From the NCBI GenBank assembly GCA_963555825.3, contig CAUVXB020000002.1, positions 1,632,001 to 1,696,000 on the forward strand: a stretch of DNA of 64,000 nt, written 5' to 3'. The stretch comes from Alphaproteobacteria bacterium. Its GTDB lineage: Bacteria > Pseudomonadota > Alphaproteobacteria > JAAXGF01. Under the pieces are notes generated by a model. That model was not told the origin of the DNA, did not search any database, and was given only the letters and a program-made list of their open reading frames with translations. A program made the translations under genes and the position numbers. Positions 20,168 to 30,298 of the stretch are shown here, in pieces. Every line of letters begins with the position of its first letter. Position 1 is the first letter of the stretch.

Positions 20168-21073
20168 ATGGCGATGCGGCGGATGGGTGCGACGGAATGG
20201 GCGCTGCTGATCACCCTGTCGGTGTTGTGGGGCGGCTCGTTCTTCTTCGTCGAGGTCATGCTCGATGCGCTCGATCCCTATTCGGTCGTCTTCTGGCGCG
20301 TCGGCCCGGCGGCCGTGGCGCTGGTCGTGCTGGTCTACGCGACCGGCCATCGGCTGCCCGGCGACGGGGCGACCTGGCGCGCCTTCGTCGTCATGGGCGT
20401 GCTCAACAACGTCGCGCCGTTCACGCTGATCGCCTGGGGCCAGACCGAGATCGAGAGCGGCCTGGCGGCGATCCTCAACGCCACGACGCCGCTCTTCACC
20501 GTGGCGCTCGCCCATCTGGTGACCACCGACGAACGCCTGACGGCGTCGCGTGGCGTCGGCGTGGTGGCCGGCCTCGCCGGCGTCGCCGCTCTGGTCGGGC
20601 CGGGCGCGCTCGCCGGCGTCGGCGCCGGCGTCCTTGGCCAGGCGGCGATCCTCGGCGCCGCGCTCTCCTACGCCTGCGCCGGGCTCTACGGGCTCCGGCT
20701 CACGGCGCTGCCGGTGCCGGTCGCCGCGGCCGGCATGGTGGGCGCCTCGGCGGCGATGGCGCTGCCGATCGCGCTCGCCGGCGGCACGGCCTTCGCGTTC
20801 GAGCCCGGCCCCGCCACGATCGGTGCTATCGCCGGCCTGTCGCTGTTGAGCACGGCATTGGCCTATCTGATCTATTTCCGCGTGCTCGCCGCGGCTGGCG
20901 CGACCAACCTGCTGCTGGTCACCTTCCTGATCCCGCCCAGCGCGCTCGCGCTCGGCATCGGGTTCCTGGGCGAACGCCCGACGCTCGGCGCCTTCATTGG
21001 CATGGCGCTGATCTTCGTCGGATTGGCGGCGGTCGACGGGCGGTTGTTCAGAACAGCTCGTCGAGCCCTGTGA
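20168..21073 (+). CDS. DMT/EamA family transporter
   Basis: LWGGSF, SGLAAILNATTPLF and AYLIYFRVL. Confidence 0.9.
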   Translation: MAMRRMGATEWALLITLSVLWGGSFFFVEVMLDALDPYSVVFWRVGPAAVALVVLVYATGHRLPGDGATWRAFVVMGVLNNVAPFTLIAWGQTEIESGLAAILNATTPLFTVALAHLVTTDERLTASRGVGVVAGLAGVAALVGPGALAGVGAGVLGQAAILGAALSYACAGLYGLRLTALPVPVAAAGMVGASAAMALPIALAGGTAFAFEPGPATIGAIAGLSLLSTALAYLIYFRVLAAAGATNLLLVTFLIPPSALALGIGFLGERPTLGAFIGMALIFVGLAAVDGRLFRTARRAL

Positions 21074-22283
21074 TCAGGCGGTCGACCTCGTCGAGCGTGT
21101 TGTAGTGCACCATCGAGACGCGCACGACGCCGTCCTGGTCACGCAGGCCCAAGGTGTCGATCAATCGGGCGGCATAGAAATCGCCCTCGCGGACGGTGAC
21201 CTTGTGGGGGATGAGGCCGGCGACGATGTCGGCCGATGAGCGGCCCTCGACGACGAAGGAGATGGTCGGCGCGCGCAGCGCCGGGTCGCCGGTCGGCCGC
21301 CCGATGATGCGGACGTTCGGCTTCGAGTTCAGGTAATCGACGAGGCGTGTCGCGAGCGTCGCCTCGTGGGCCTCGACCAAGCCGAAGACCTCGCCGAGGC
21401 GTTCGCGCAGGTCGGCGTTCGAGCCCGGGAAGTGGTGCGCGTGGACGGCGTCGAAATAGTCGATGATGCCGGCCGGGCCACAGGTGATGTCGTGGTTGTA
21501 GCCGCCCAGCGTCAGCTTGCCGGGGATCTGGTCTTCCGCATAGAAATAATGGTTCTGACTGTGCGCGGCGAGCAGATGCGCGCGCTTGCCGTACATCACG
21601 CCCATGTGGGGCCCGTAGAGCTTGTAGAGCGAGAAGGCGTAGAAATCGACGTCGGTCGCCATGACGTCGAGCCGGCGGTGCGGCGCGTAGGCCACGGCAT
21701 CGACGCAGACCAGCGCGCCGGCGTCGTGCACCAGCCGCGTGATCGCGGCGACGTCCTGGATCGAGCCGGTGACGTTCGAACAATGCGTGAAGCAGACCAG
21801 CCGGGTGCGCTCGGTCAGCAGCGCCTCGAGATCGGCAATCTCGAGGTCGCAACTCGCGGTGTCGACCCGCCATTCCACAACCACGACGCCGATCTCGGCG
21901 AGCCGGCGCCAGGCGCCCGAGTTGGCCTCGTGGTCGAGGTCGGTGACGATGACCTCGTCGCCCGGCGCGAACCAGGGCCGAAGCGCGTGCGACAGCACGA
22001 ACATGTTGACCGTCGTCGAGGGCCCGAAGACGACCTCGTCGGGCGAGGCGTTGATCATCTCGGCGACCAGGCGGTGCGACAGCGCGTGGTGCTCGGCGGC
22101 CTCGGCCGAGGCCGGGTAGGCGGTGCCCGGCTGGACCCGGTTTTGGACCAGATGGCGGGTGATGCGGTCGATCACCGTCCGCGGCAACAGGCTGCCGCCG
22201 GCGTTCTCGAAGAACGCCCAATCGTCGATACCCGGGAACTGGCCGCGGACGAAATCGACATCGAGTCGGCCGGCGCTGGTTAT
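21048..22283 (-). CDS. Class-V PLP enzyme (cysteine desulfurase-like) with an apparent ATA start; possibly a pseudogene
   Basis: DHEANSGAW, HCSNVTG, DAVAYAPH, SLYKLYGPH and RVSMVHYN. The conserved N-terminus LDVDFVRGQFP...FENAGGS is upstream of the first TTG and begins at ATA 22283. Confidence 0.82.
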   Translation of the reverse strand: MTSAGRLDVDFVRGQFPGIDDWAFFENAGGSLLPRTVIDRITRHLVQNRVQPGTAYPASAEAAEHHALSHRLVAEMINASPDEVVFGPSTTVNMFVLSHALRPWFAPGDEVIVTDLDHEANSGAWRRLAEIGVVVVEWRVDTASCDLEIADLEALLTERTRLVCFTHCSNVTGSIQDVAAITRLVHDAGALVCVDAVAYAPHRRLDVMATDVDFYAFSLYKLYGPHMGVMYGKRAHLLAAHSQNHYFYAEDQIPGKLTLGGYNHDITCGPAGIIDYFDAVHAHHFPGSNADLRERLGEVFGLVEAHEATLATRLVDYLNSKPNVRIIGRPTGDPALRAPTISFVVEGRSSADIVAGLIPHKVTVREGDFYAARLIDTLGLRDQDGVVRVSMVHYNTLDEVDRLITGLDELF

Positions 22284-23443
22284 TTCGTTTCCCCTTCGAC
22301 GTCACGGTGCTCGCGCGCGACGACGAAGCACTCGTTGTTGAACCACAGGCCCTTGTGTTCGGCCAACACCCGGCTGGTCGCCTCGAGATAGTCGCCGTGG
22401 GTCATCGCCTCGGTCAGCCGGTCGTCCTCGATCTGGGCGACGTAGACGGCGGCGTTCCAGGCCGCCAGCAGGGTCGAGGTGCCGATGCTGCTGGCGACCT
22501 CACGCGACGAAATCTGCAGGTGGTAGCGAAATTCGCAGTCGTCGCCGTGGTGATAGACGAAGCCGTCGTCGCCGAGTTGGTCGCGCATCGCGGCCACCAG
22601 CATGCCGCGCGGCGTCTGGAACGGATCCTCGCCGGGCCACACGGCGCGCACGATTTCCATGCCCGGATCGTCGCCCGCCGACTGGATGACGATCATCCGC
22701 CCACCCGGCGCGAGCGACTTGGCAAGCGGCGCCAGCACGGTGCGCGCCTTGGCCTCGGCCGAGCTGCGCGCGCGGTAGGGCTGCGAGACGATGACCAGAT
22801 CGTAGGCGTGATCGATGTCGCCCTTGCGCGGGATCACCGCGGACAGCGCGAAGCGCTGGTCGGCGCGGTAGAAGACCAGCACCGAGGGCGTGACGTAGTG
22901 CGGGTTGCCGGTGCGCTTGCCCGGCGTCGTGCGCCAGCCGTCGTTGACGAAGCCGAGCTGGGCCTTGATCTGGGCGTCGAACTCGTGCGCCGAGGCGCCG
23001 TCGAGCGCGACCTCGCGCCAATTTAGTCGCTCCTGGGCCTCGGGCTTGTGCGGCATCAGCCAGGGCGCCTCGACGTAATAGAGGTTGGTGATCACCATGA
23101 CCATCTGCGGGTGCTCGTAGAAGCGGTCGGCCAGCTTGTCGAGGCAGATGCGCACGTCCTCGGCCGAGATCTCCTTGCCGACGACGAAGAACGGCACCGT
23201 CGGCATGGTGTGGTGCAGGTCGCGCAGCACCATCGAGAGCACCGTGCCGTCGCCCATGCCGGCGTCGAAGACGCCGAGCGCCGGCGGGCTGGGTCTGAGC
23301 TCGTCGACCTCGCGGCCGATGCGATCGGCGGCCACCTGCTTCTCCGAGCAGGTGGTGACGAACATCAGGTACTTCTCGCGGTTGTCGAAGAAGCGGAACG
23401 GCCGGTCGTCGGCGGCCGTCGCACCGGTGGTCGGTTCATCCAT
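22280..23443 (-). CDS. Conserved hypothetical protein, SAM-methyltransferase-like fold
   Basis: FRFFDNREKYLMFVTTCSEK, FDAGMGDG (motif-I-like) and LAPGGRM. Host codon usage. Confidence 0.75.
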   Translation of the reverse strand: MDEPTTGATAADDRPFRFFDNREKYLMFVTTCSEKQVAADRIGREVDELRPSPPALGVFDAGMGDGTVLSMVLRDLHHTMPTVPFFVVGKEISAEDVRICLDKLADRFYEHPQMVMVITNLYYVEAPWLMPHKPEAQERLNWREVALDGASAHEFDAQIKAQLGFVNDGWRTTPGKRTGNPHYVTPSVLVFYRADQRFALSAVIPRKGDIDHAYDLVIVSQPYRARSSAEAKARTVLAPLAKSLAPGGRMIVIQSAGDDPGMEIVRAVWPGEDPFQTPRGMLVAAMRDQLGDDGFVYHHGDDCEFRYHLQISSREVASSIGTSTLLAAWNAAVYVAQIEDDRLTEAMTHGDYLEATSRVLAEHKGLWFNNECFVVAREHRDVEGETK

Positions 23444-23473
23444 GGCGCAGCCTCCCCGTGAACGCCCGGTTGG

Positions 23474-26197
23474 TCAGGCCATCCGGCCGTGGCAGTGTTT
23501 GTACTTCTTGCCCGAGCCGCAGGGGCAACGCTCGTTGCGCCCGACCTTGCCCCAGGTTGCCGGGTCGCCCGGGATGCGTTCGTCGGCCGCGACGCGGGAG
23601 CCGACCGCGGCGGTCACCCGGCTCGGCCGCATCATACCGACCCGGTCCTCGCCATTGCCGCGCCGGTTCTCCGCCGTCCGGCGCGGCGGCGCCTGCGGCG
23701 TCATGTCGCCTTCGGGCGGGGCGACGCGCAGCTCGAGATGGGCGAGCACCATGGTGATCGATTCGCGGAAGCGCGACAGCAGGCTCTCGAACATGTCGAA
23801 CGCCTCGCGCTTGTATTCGTTCAAGGGATCGCGCTGGCCATAGGCGCGCAGGCCGATGCCCTCGCGCAGGTGGTCGAGCGAGAGCAGGTGGTCCTTCCAG
23901 GTCTCGTCGAGGATCTGCAGCAGCAGGGTCTTCTCGGCCACGCGCATGATCTCGGGGCGGTAGCGTGCGACCTTCTCGGCCATCGCGCGGTCGGAGGCCT
24001 CGAACAAGCGCTCGCGGATCTCCTCGTCGGCGATGCCCTCTTCCTTGCTCCAGTCCTCGATCGGCAGGTCGAGGCCGAGAACGCGCAATGTGTCGGCGTG
24101 CAGGGCGCCGACCTCCCACTGCTCGGCATAGGCCTTCTCGGGGATGAAGGTGGCGACCATGTCGTCGATCACCGCATGGCGCATGGCGACGACCTCGTCG
24201 GAGACGTCGTCGGTGCTCATCAATTCGATGCGCTGCTCGTAGATCGCCTTGCGCTGGTCGTTCATGACGTCATCGAACTTGAGCAAGTTCTTGCGAATTT
24301 CGAAATTTCGCGCTTCGACCTTCGACTGGGCCTTCTCGATCGCCTTGTTGATCCACGGGTGGATGATCGCCTCGCCCTCTTCGAGACCGAGCTTCTGCAG
24401 CATGCTGTCCATGCGCTCGGACCCGAAGATGCGCATCAGGTCATCCTCGAGCGAGAGATAGAAGCGCGACGCGCCGGGATCGCCCTGGCGGCCCGAGCGG
24501 CCGCGCAGCTGGTTGTCGATGCGCCGGCTCTCGTGGCGCTCGGTGCCGACCACATAGCAGCCGCCGGCGGCGATCACCTTGGCCTTGTCGTCGGCGATCT
24601 CGGCCTCGATCTGGCTGATACGCCTGGCGCGCTCGGCTTCGTCCTCGACGCCGTCGAGTTCATGTCGGATGCGCATGTCGCGGTTGCCGCCGAGCTGGAT
24701 GTCGGTGCCGCGGCCGGCCATGTTGGTGGCGATCGTCACGTTGCCGCTGACGCCGGCCTGGGCGATGATGTAGGCCTCCTGCTCGTGATAGCGCGCGTTG
24801 AGCACGTTGTGCGGGATCTTGCGCTTCTTGAGCATCGCCGACAGGCTCTCGGACTTCTCGATGCTGACCGTGCCGACGAGCATCGGCTGGCCGCGCTCGC
24901 GGCATTCCTCGATCAGGTCGCAGACCGCCTGGAACTTCTCGCCTGAGGTCCGATAGACCTCGTCGTCCTCGTCGTCGCGCACGCAGGGCAGGTTGGTCGG
25001 CATCTCGATCACGTCGAGGCCGTAGATGTCGCCGAACTCGGCCGCCTCGGTCATCGCCGTGCCGGTCATGCCGGCGAGCTTGGGGTAAAGCCGGAAGTAG
25101 TTCTGGAAGGTGATCGAGGCGAGCGTCTGGTTCTCGTTCTGGATCGAGACGCCTTCCTTGGCCTCGAGCGCCTGGTGCAGGCCCTGCGAGTAGCGCCGGC
25201 CCTCCATCATGCGGCCGGTGAACTCGTCGATGATGATGACCTTGTCGTCCTTGACGATGTAGTCGGTGTCGCGCTCGAACAGGTTGTGGGCGCGCAGCGC
25301 CTGGTTGACGTGGTGCACGACCGAAACGTTCTGGATGTCGTAGAGGTTATCGCCCTCGAGTTGGCCGGCGTCGCGCAACAGACCCTCGATGCGCTCGGCG
25401 CCGGCGTCGGTCAGCGACACCGCCTTGGCCTTCTCGTCCTTCTCGTAGTCGTCCGGGCCCAGCTTGGGCATGAACTTGTCGATCTCGACGTAGAGTTCGG
25501 AGTTCTCCTCGGTCGGACCCGAGATGATCAGCGGCGTGCGCGATTCGTCGATCAGGATCGAATCGACCTCGTCGACGATGGCGTAGTTGAAGGGCCGCTG
25601 GACCATGGCGTCCAGCCTGTGCTTCATGTTGTCGCGCAGATAGTCGAAGCCGAATTCGTTGTTGGTGCCGTAGGTGACGTCGCAGGCATATTGCTGGCGC
25701 CGTTCGTCGTCGATCAGGCCGTGGACGATGCAGCCCACCGTGAGGCCGAGGAACCGGTAGATCTGGCCCATCCACTCGGCGTCGCGCTGCGCCAGGTAGT
25801 CGTTGACCGTGACGACGTGGACGCCCTTGCCCTCGAGCGCGTTGAGATAGACCGCCAAGGTGGCGACCAGGGTCTTGCCTTCGCCGGTCTTCATCTCGGC
25901 GATCATGCCCTGGTGCAGCACCATGGCGCCGAGCAGCTGGACGTCGAAATGGCGCTGTCCGAGCGTGCGCTTGGCCGCCTCGCGCACCACCGCGAAGGCG
26001 TCGACGAGCACGTCGTCGAGCGCTTCGCCGCCGGCCAACCGCTCGCGCAGCGCGGGCGTCTGGGCGGCGAGCTCGTCGTCCGTGAACGCCTCGAACGCGG
26101 CCTCGCGTTGGTTGACGGTCGCGACCGTGTCATCGAGCGTTTTGAGAATGCGATCGTTGGCGGTGCCGAACATCCGCCGCGCCAGAGCGCCGAACAT
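23474..26197 (-). CDS. secA: Preprotein translocase SecA
   Basis: [30 protein letters not shown] and [18 protein letters not shown]. Confidence 0.98.
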   Translation of the reverse strand: MFGALARRMFGTANDRILKTLDDTVATVNQREAAFEAFTDDELAAQTPALRERLAGGEALDDVLVDAFAVVREAAKRTLGQRHFDVQLLGAMVLHQGMIAEMKTGEGKTLVATLAVYLNALEGKGVHVVTVNDYLAQRDAEWMGQIYRFLGLTVGCIVHGLIDDERRQQYACDVTYGTNNEFGFDYLRDNMKHRLDAMVQRPFNYAIVDEVDSILIDESRTPLIISGPTEENSELYVEIDKFMPKLGPDDYEKDEKAKAVSLTDAGAERIEGLLRDAGQLEGDNLYDIQNVSVVHHVNQALRAHNLFERDTDYIVKDDKVIIIDEFTGRMMEGRRYSQGLHQALEAKEGVSIQNENQTLASITFQNYFRLYPKLAGMTGTAMTEAAEFGDIYGLDVIEMPTNLPCVRDDEDDEVYRTSGEKFQAVCDLIEECRERGQPMLVGTVSIEKSESLSAMLKKRKIPHNVLNARYHEQEAYIIAQAGVSGNVTIATNMAGRGTDIQLGGNRDMRIRHELDGVEDEAERARRISQIEAEIADDKAKVIAAGGCYVVGTERHESRRIDNQLRGRSGRQGDPGASRFYLSLEDDLMRIFGSERMDSMLQKLGLEEGEAIIHPWINKAIEKAQSKVEARNFEIRKNLLKFDDVMNDQRKAIYEQRIELMSTDDVSDEVVAMRHAVIDDMVATFIPEKAYAEQWEVGALHADTLRVLGLDLPIEDWSKEEGIADEEIRERLFEASDRAMAEKVARYRPEIMRVAEKTLLLQILDETWKDHLLSLDHLREGIGLRAYGQRDPLNEYKREAFDMFESLLSRFRESITMVLAHLELRVAPPEGDMTPQAPPRRTAENRRGNGEDRVGMMRPSRVTAAVGSRVAADERIPGDPATWGKVGRNERCPCGSGKKYKHCHGRMA

Positions 26198-26395
26198 GAG
26201 TGCTGGGTGACCCTTGGAAAAGCCTGACTGCCGGCGCACAAGCGGTGCCGACGGCCCACAGATAATCAACCACGCGCGGACTGTCAACGACCGGCCCGAT
26301 CACCCGGTCCCGGACCGGCGCGGCCGGTACCGCTTGTCTCGTCCTTGGACGATGTGCAAGATGCGGTTCTCTGCTCATCGTCGATGGATGCCGCC

Positions 26396-27628
26396 ATGCC
26401 GCCGCTGTCTCCTCTGGCGCCCGCCGCCTTTCCGGCGATGCCGCCGGTCGCCGGCGTGCGTCTCGCGACCTGCGAGGCCGGCGTGCGCTATCACGGGCGG
26501 ACCGATCTCACGCTCGTCGAACTGGCGGCCGGCACCACGGCGGCCGGTGTCCTGACGCGCTCGAAGACCGCCGCCGCGCCGGTCGACTGGTGCCGCGCGG
26601 CGCTCGCCGACGGCCTCGGCCGGGCGCTCGTCGTCAGCGCCGGCAACGCCAACGCCTTCACCGGCCGGGCCGGCGACGCCGCGGTCCGACACACCGCCGA
26701 GTCGGCCGCCGCGTTGTTCGGGGCGGCGTCCGAGGACGTCTTCATCGCCCAGACCGGCGTAATCGGCGAGCCGATGGACGCCGACAAGATCGTGACTGCC
26801 CTGCCGGGCCTCAGGGCCGCGCTCGACGCCGGCGCGTGGCACCAGGCCGCGCGGGCGATCATGACGACCGACACCTTCGCCAAGGGCGCCAGCGCCAGCG
26901 CGCGGATCGACGGCCACACCGTCACGATCAACGGCATCGCCAAGGGCTCGGGCATGATCGCGCCCGACATGGCGACCATGCTCGCCTTCGTCTTCACCGA
27001 CGCGCGGCTGCCATCGGCGGTGCTGCAGAACATGCTGAGCCGCGCCAACCAACGCTCGTTCAACGCCATCACGGTCGACGGCGACACCTCGACGAGCGAC
27101 ACGCTGCTCGCCTTCGCGACCGGCCGGGGGCCGGCGCACGGCCCGGTGACGCGGCTCGGCGACGCGCGGCTCAAGGGATTCCGCAAGGCGCTCGAGGCCG
27201 TCCTCGTCGACCTCGCCCACCAGGTCGTGCGCGACGGCGAGGGCGCGCAGAAGTTCATCGCCGTCACCGTGACCGGCGCCACATCGCGCAAGGCGGCGCG
27301 GCGCATCGCCCTGTCGATCGCCAACTCGCCCTTGGTCAAGACAGCGATCGCCGGCGAGGACGCCAACTGGGGGCGCATCGTCATGGCGGTCGGCAAGGCG
27401 GGCGAGAAGGCCGACCGCGACCGCCTGGCGATCCGCATCGGCGGCGTCGTGGTCGCCGAAGACGGCGTCGTCCACCCGGATTACGTCGAGGCCGAGCTGG
27501 TGCCCCATATGAAGGGTCAAGAGATCGACATCGAGGTCGACGTCGGTGTCGGGCGCAGCCGCGCGACGGTCTGGACCTGCGACCTGACCCACGGCTACAT
27601 CGACATCAACGCCGACTACCGCAGCTAG
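26396..27628 (+). CDS. argJ: Ornithine acetyltransferase / N-acetylglutamate synthase
   Basis: [28 protein letters not shown] and [15 protein letters not shown]. Confidence 0.97.
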   Translation: MPPLSPLAPAAFPAMPPVAGVRLATCEAGVRYHGRTDLTLVELAAGTTAAGVLTRSKTAAAPVDWCRAALADGLGRALVVSAGNANAFTGRAGDAAVRHTAESAAALFGAASEDVFIAQTGVIGEPMDADKIVTALPGLRAALDAGAWHQAARAIMTTDTFAKGASASARIDGHTVTINGIAKGSGMIAPDMATMLAFVFTDARLPSAVLQNMLSRANQRSFNAITVDGDTSTSDTLLAFATGRGPAHGPVTRLGDARLKGFRKALEAVLVDLAHQVVRDGEGAQKFIAVTVTGATSRKAARRIALSIANSPLVKTAIAGEDANWGRIVMAVGKAGEKADRDRLAIRIGGVVVAEDGVVHPDYVEAELVPHMKGQEIDIEVDVGVGRSRATVWTCDLTHGYIDINADYRS

Positions 27629-27635
27629 CGGTGTG

Positions 27636-28187
27636 ATGTCGTTCCAACCCATCGAAACCGACCGACTGGTCGTGCGTGCGCTGGAACCGGCCGACGCCCC
27701 GGCCATGCACCGGCTGATCGGTGAGTGGGAGGTTGCGCGAATGACGGCGAACGTTCCGCATTCCTACGAAGCCGGCATGGCCGAGGACTGGATCACACGA
27801 TCGGCTGGCCTGCTCGAGGCGGGTGAGGCCTACAATCTCGCCGTCGTGCATCGCGACGTGCCCGGCCTGATTGGTTCGGTCGGCCTTGGCCTGCCCGAAC
27901 GGCGTGCGCCGGTGCTCGGCTACTGGATCGGGCGTCCCTACTGGGGCCGGGGTTTTGCGACCGAGTCGGCGGGCGGCTTGGTCGCCTTCGGCTTCGACGC
28001 GCTCGGCTTCGAGAAGATCACCGCGAGCGTGTTTCCCGAGAACCCGGCGTCCGCACGCGTGCTGGAAAAGCTTGGCTTCGTCCGCACCGGCCACGCAATG
28101 CACGACGCGCCGGCGCGCGGCGCGCGGCAGGAGGTCGACACCTACGAGCTGAGCCGCGTCGACTTCGAGGCGCGCTGCGATGGCTGA
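27636..28187 (+). CDS. GNAT (RimJ/RimL-like) acetyltransferase
   Basis: IETDRL, LGYWIGRPYWGRGFATE and NPASARVLEKLGF. Confidence 0.9.
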   Translation: MSFQPIETDRLVVRALEPADAPAMHRLIGEWEVARMTANVPHSYEAGMAEDWITRSAGLLEAGEAYNLAVVHRDVPGLIGSVGLGLPERRAPVLGYWIGRPYWGRGFATESAGGLVAFGFDALGFEKITASVFPENPASARVLEKLGFVRTGHAMHDAPARGARQEVDTYELSRVDFEARCDG

Positions 28188-28590
28188 CGCGCGCCCCGTC
28201 GTGCTGGTCGCCGCGGTCGCCATGATCGACCCGGACGGCCGCGTGCTGCTCGCGCGGCGCCCCGAGGGCAAGTCGATGGCGGGGCTGTGGGAGTTTCCCG
28301 GCGGCAAGGTCGAGGCGGGCGAGACGCCCGAGGCGGCGCTCGACCGCGAGCTGCGCGAGGAGCTCGGTGTCGAGATCTGCGTGCCCTGTCTTGCGCCGCT
28401 CAGCTTCGCCTCGCACGCCTACGACGACTTCCACCTGTTGATGCCGCTCTACAGCCTGCGCAAGTGGGACGGCATCGCGCGCCCGCGCGAGGGTCAGGAA
28501 CTCGCCTGGGTGCGCCCCGAACGCCTGCGCGACTACGCCATGCCGCCGGCCGACGCGCCCTTGGTGGCGGCATTGCAGGATCTGCTGTAG
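28180..28590 (+). CDS. mutT: 8-oxo-dGTP diphosphatase (Nudix)
   Basis: WEFPGGKVEAGETPEAALDRELREELG Nudix box and PPAD. Confidence 0.92.
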   Translation: MADARPVVLVAAVAMIDPDGRVLLARRPEGKSMAGLWEFPGGKVEAGETPEAALDRELREELGVEICVPCLAPLSFASHAYDDFHLLMPLYSLRKWDGIARPREGQELAWVRPERLRDYAMPPADAPLVAALQDLL

Positions 28591-28599
28591 GGCCGCCCT

Positions 28600-29019
28600 T
28601 CAGCCTCGGGTCAACGCTTCGACGGCTTGGCGCAAAGCCATTACGTCTGTCGGATGAAGCGATCCCATGATCAAGCGGTCGCCGCCGGGTCTTACCGTGA
28701 AAAATTGGATTGCCCACGGTAGCCGGACGGTCCGTCCCAGATCGAATTTGGTTGCGAGATCGAGGCCGGCGGCGCGCCTACCGGAGGGCGTGGCGACCAG
28801 GAACTCGCCTTTATACAGCCGGTCCGTCTTCTTGCTCGTGCCGAACGCCACCTCGACCGAACTGCGGCTCGTGCGGCGGCCCAGGAAAACGGCGCGAACG
28901 ATGGCTGGACGCGGCTTGGGGCCCGGTTTGTCGGGCATCTCGCGAAACGGGAAGCGGCACCAGACGACATCGCCCGGCCGAGGCAGCGTCGTTGGGTCGT
29001 AACACTCGTAGCTTACCAA
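28600..29019 (-). CDS. Putative PemK/MazF-like toxin
   Basis: PRPGDVVWCRFP...PGPKPRPAIV...VAFGTS pattern. TTG start overlaps the upstream gene's stop; atypical codon usage. Confidence 0.7.
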   Translation of the reverse strand: MVSYECYDPTTLPRPGDVVWCRFPFREMPDKPGPKPRPAIVRAVFLGRRTSRSSVEVAFGTSKKTDRLYKGEFLVATPSGRRAAGLDLATKFDLGRTVRLPWAIQFFTVRPGGDRLIMGSLHPTDVMALRQAVEALTRG

Positions 29020-29285
29020 AGCGACGGGCCGAGCCGTTCCTCGCCGTCGAAACTGCTTTCGGGGAATTGATTGCGAAGCCAGGCGATCTGCGCGTCGGTC
29101 AGCGGCCCGTCGTCGGCGAGCGCCGTATGCCCTTCCCGTTCGCGCTCGTGGACCAGCGCGCTCATGATGAAGTCACGAAGCGACATGTTCCGAGACCGCG
29201 CGAGCGCCATGGCTTCATCCTTGGTGATCGGTGCCTCGGGCGAGCGATCGAAGCGCAAAGTATAAGCATTCTTGGGGGTGGCCAT
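29013..29285 (-). CDS. Putative antitoxin (RHH-like N-terminus, acidic C-terminus)
   Basis: 90 aa with a beta-strand YTLRF, then helices, then DDGPLTDAQI. Directly upstream of and overlapping the toxin-like gene. Confidence 0.6.
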   Translation of the reverse strand: MATPKNAYTLRFDRSPEAPITKDEAMALARSRNMSLRDFIMSALVHEREREGHTALADDGPLTDAQIAWLRNQFPESSFDGEERLGPSLW

Positions 29286-29310
29286 TGACACATCATGCCC
29301 TATTGGCGCT

Positions 29311-29331
29311 TAGATGTCTATTAGATATCTA
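29311..29331. promoter_or_regulatory. Tandem palindromic operator upstream of the TA pair
   Basis: TAGATGTCTA-T-TAGATATCTA in an AT-rich patch about 25 nt upstream of the antitoxin ATG. Confidence 0.6.
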
Positions 29332-29357
29332 CAACATTCAGATTATGGCGGTCCGCT

Positions 29358-30233
29358 TTACGGCGTCGCCTTGTCGCCGGCGGGCCGCTCCTCGGCGTCG
29401 AGCGCGTCGGCCAGGCGCGCGCGCGCGCTGCCCGGCGCCAGCGGCTTCTGCTGCGTCTCGTGGGGCGCCCAGCCGGTCAGGAAGACGATCTGGAAGGTCG
29501 CCCGGATGCGGCCGTCCTGGTCGGCGTGGTTGGCGTGATAATGCTCGGCCATGGCCATCAGCGTAGCGCGCCGGGTGAAGCGCTTGCGTCGCTCGTTGGC
29601 CGCGTTGGTTTCGCCCATGCCGCGCAGCTCGCGCATCAGGGCGAAGGCGTCCGGGTAGCTCACCGTGATGCTGTCGAGGTCGACGACCGGCAGGGCGAAG
29701 CCGGCGCGCTGCAGCAAGGCGCCCGCGTCGCGCACGTCGACCAGCGGCGCGACGCGCGGGCTCGCGCCGCCTTCCTCGGCGATCTCGGCCGCCGCCCATG
29801 ACGCGCGCAGCTCGTGCAGCGTGTCGCCGCCGAACATGGCGGCCAGCAACAGGCCGTCGGGCTTGAGCGCGCGGCGGAGCTGCACCAGCGCGCCGGGCAG
29901 GTCGTTGACCCAGTGCAGCGACAGCAGGCTGACCGCCAGGTCGAAGGAAGCGTTGGCGAAGGGCAGCAGCGCCTCGTCGGCCGCGACCGGTCCGTGGTCG
30001 GCCACGGTGCCGCAGCGCAGCACGCGGCCGATGCCGCCGCGGCCCGCCGCCAGGGCAGCGTGATGGCCGAGATCGAGCGCGACGGGAAAACTGCGGCGCA
30101 CGTCGTCGAGCCGGCCGGCGAGCCGCTCGGCGATCTCGCGCACGAGAAAGTCGTGCGAGCCGAAGTCCGGCGCGGCGCGCGCGCGGTGGCGGCGCACCGC
30201 GGCGGGATCGAAGACGTCGATGGCGTCGCCCAT
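29358..30233 (-). CDS. SAM-dependent methyltransferase (BioC/NDUFAF5-like)
   Basis: ADEALLPF, SLHWVNDLPG, GGDTLHELR, LQRAGFALPVVD and LAPGSA. Confidence 0.9.
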   Translation of the reverse strand: MGDAIDVFDPAAVRRHRARAAPDFGSHDFLVREIAERLAGRLDDVRRSFPVALDLGHHAALAAGRGGIGRVLRCGTVADHGPVAADEALLPFANASFDLAVSLLSLHWVNDLPGALVQLRRALKPDGLLLAAMFGGDTLHELRASWAAAEIAEEGGASPRVAPLVDVRDAGALLQRAGFALPVVDLDSITVSYPDAFALMRELRGMGETNAANERRKRFTRRATLMAMAEHYHANHADQDGRIRATFQIVFLTGWAPHETQQKPLAPGSARARLADALDAEERPAGDKATP

Positions 30234-30298
30234 GACGCCACTATAACCCGACGGCGCCGACGTGCTAAACGTCGCGCAGCGATACCGAAGGGGATGCC

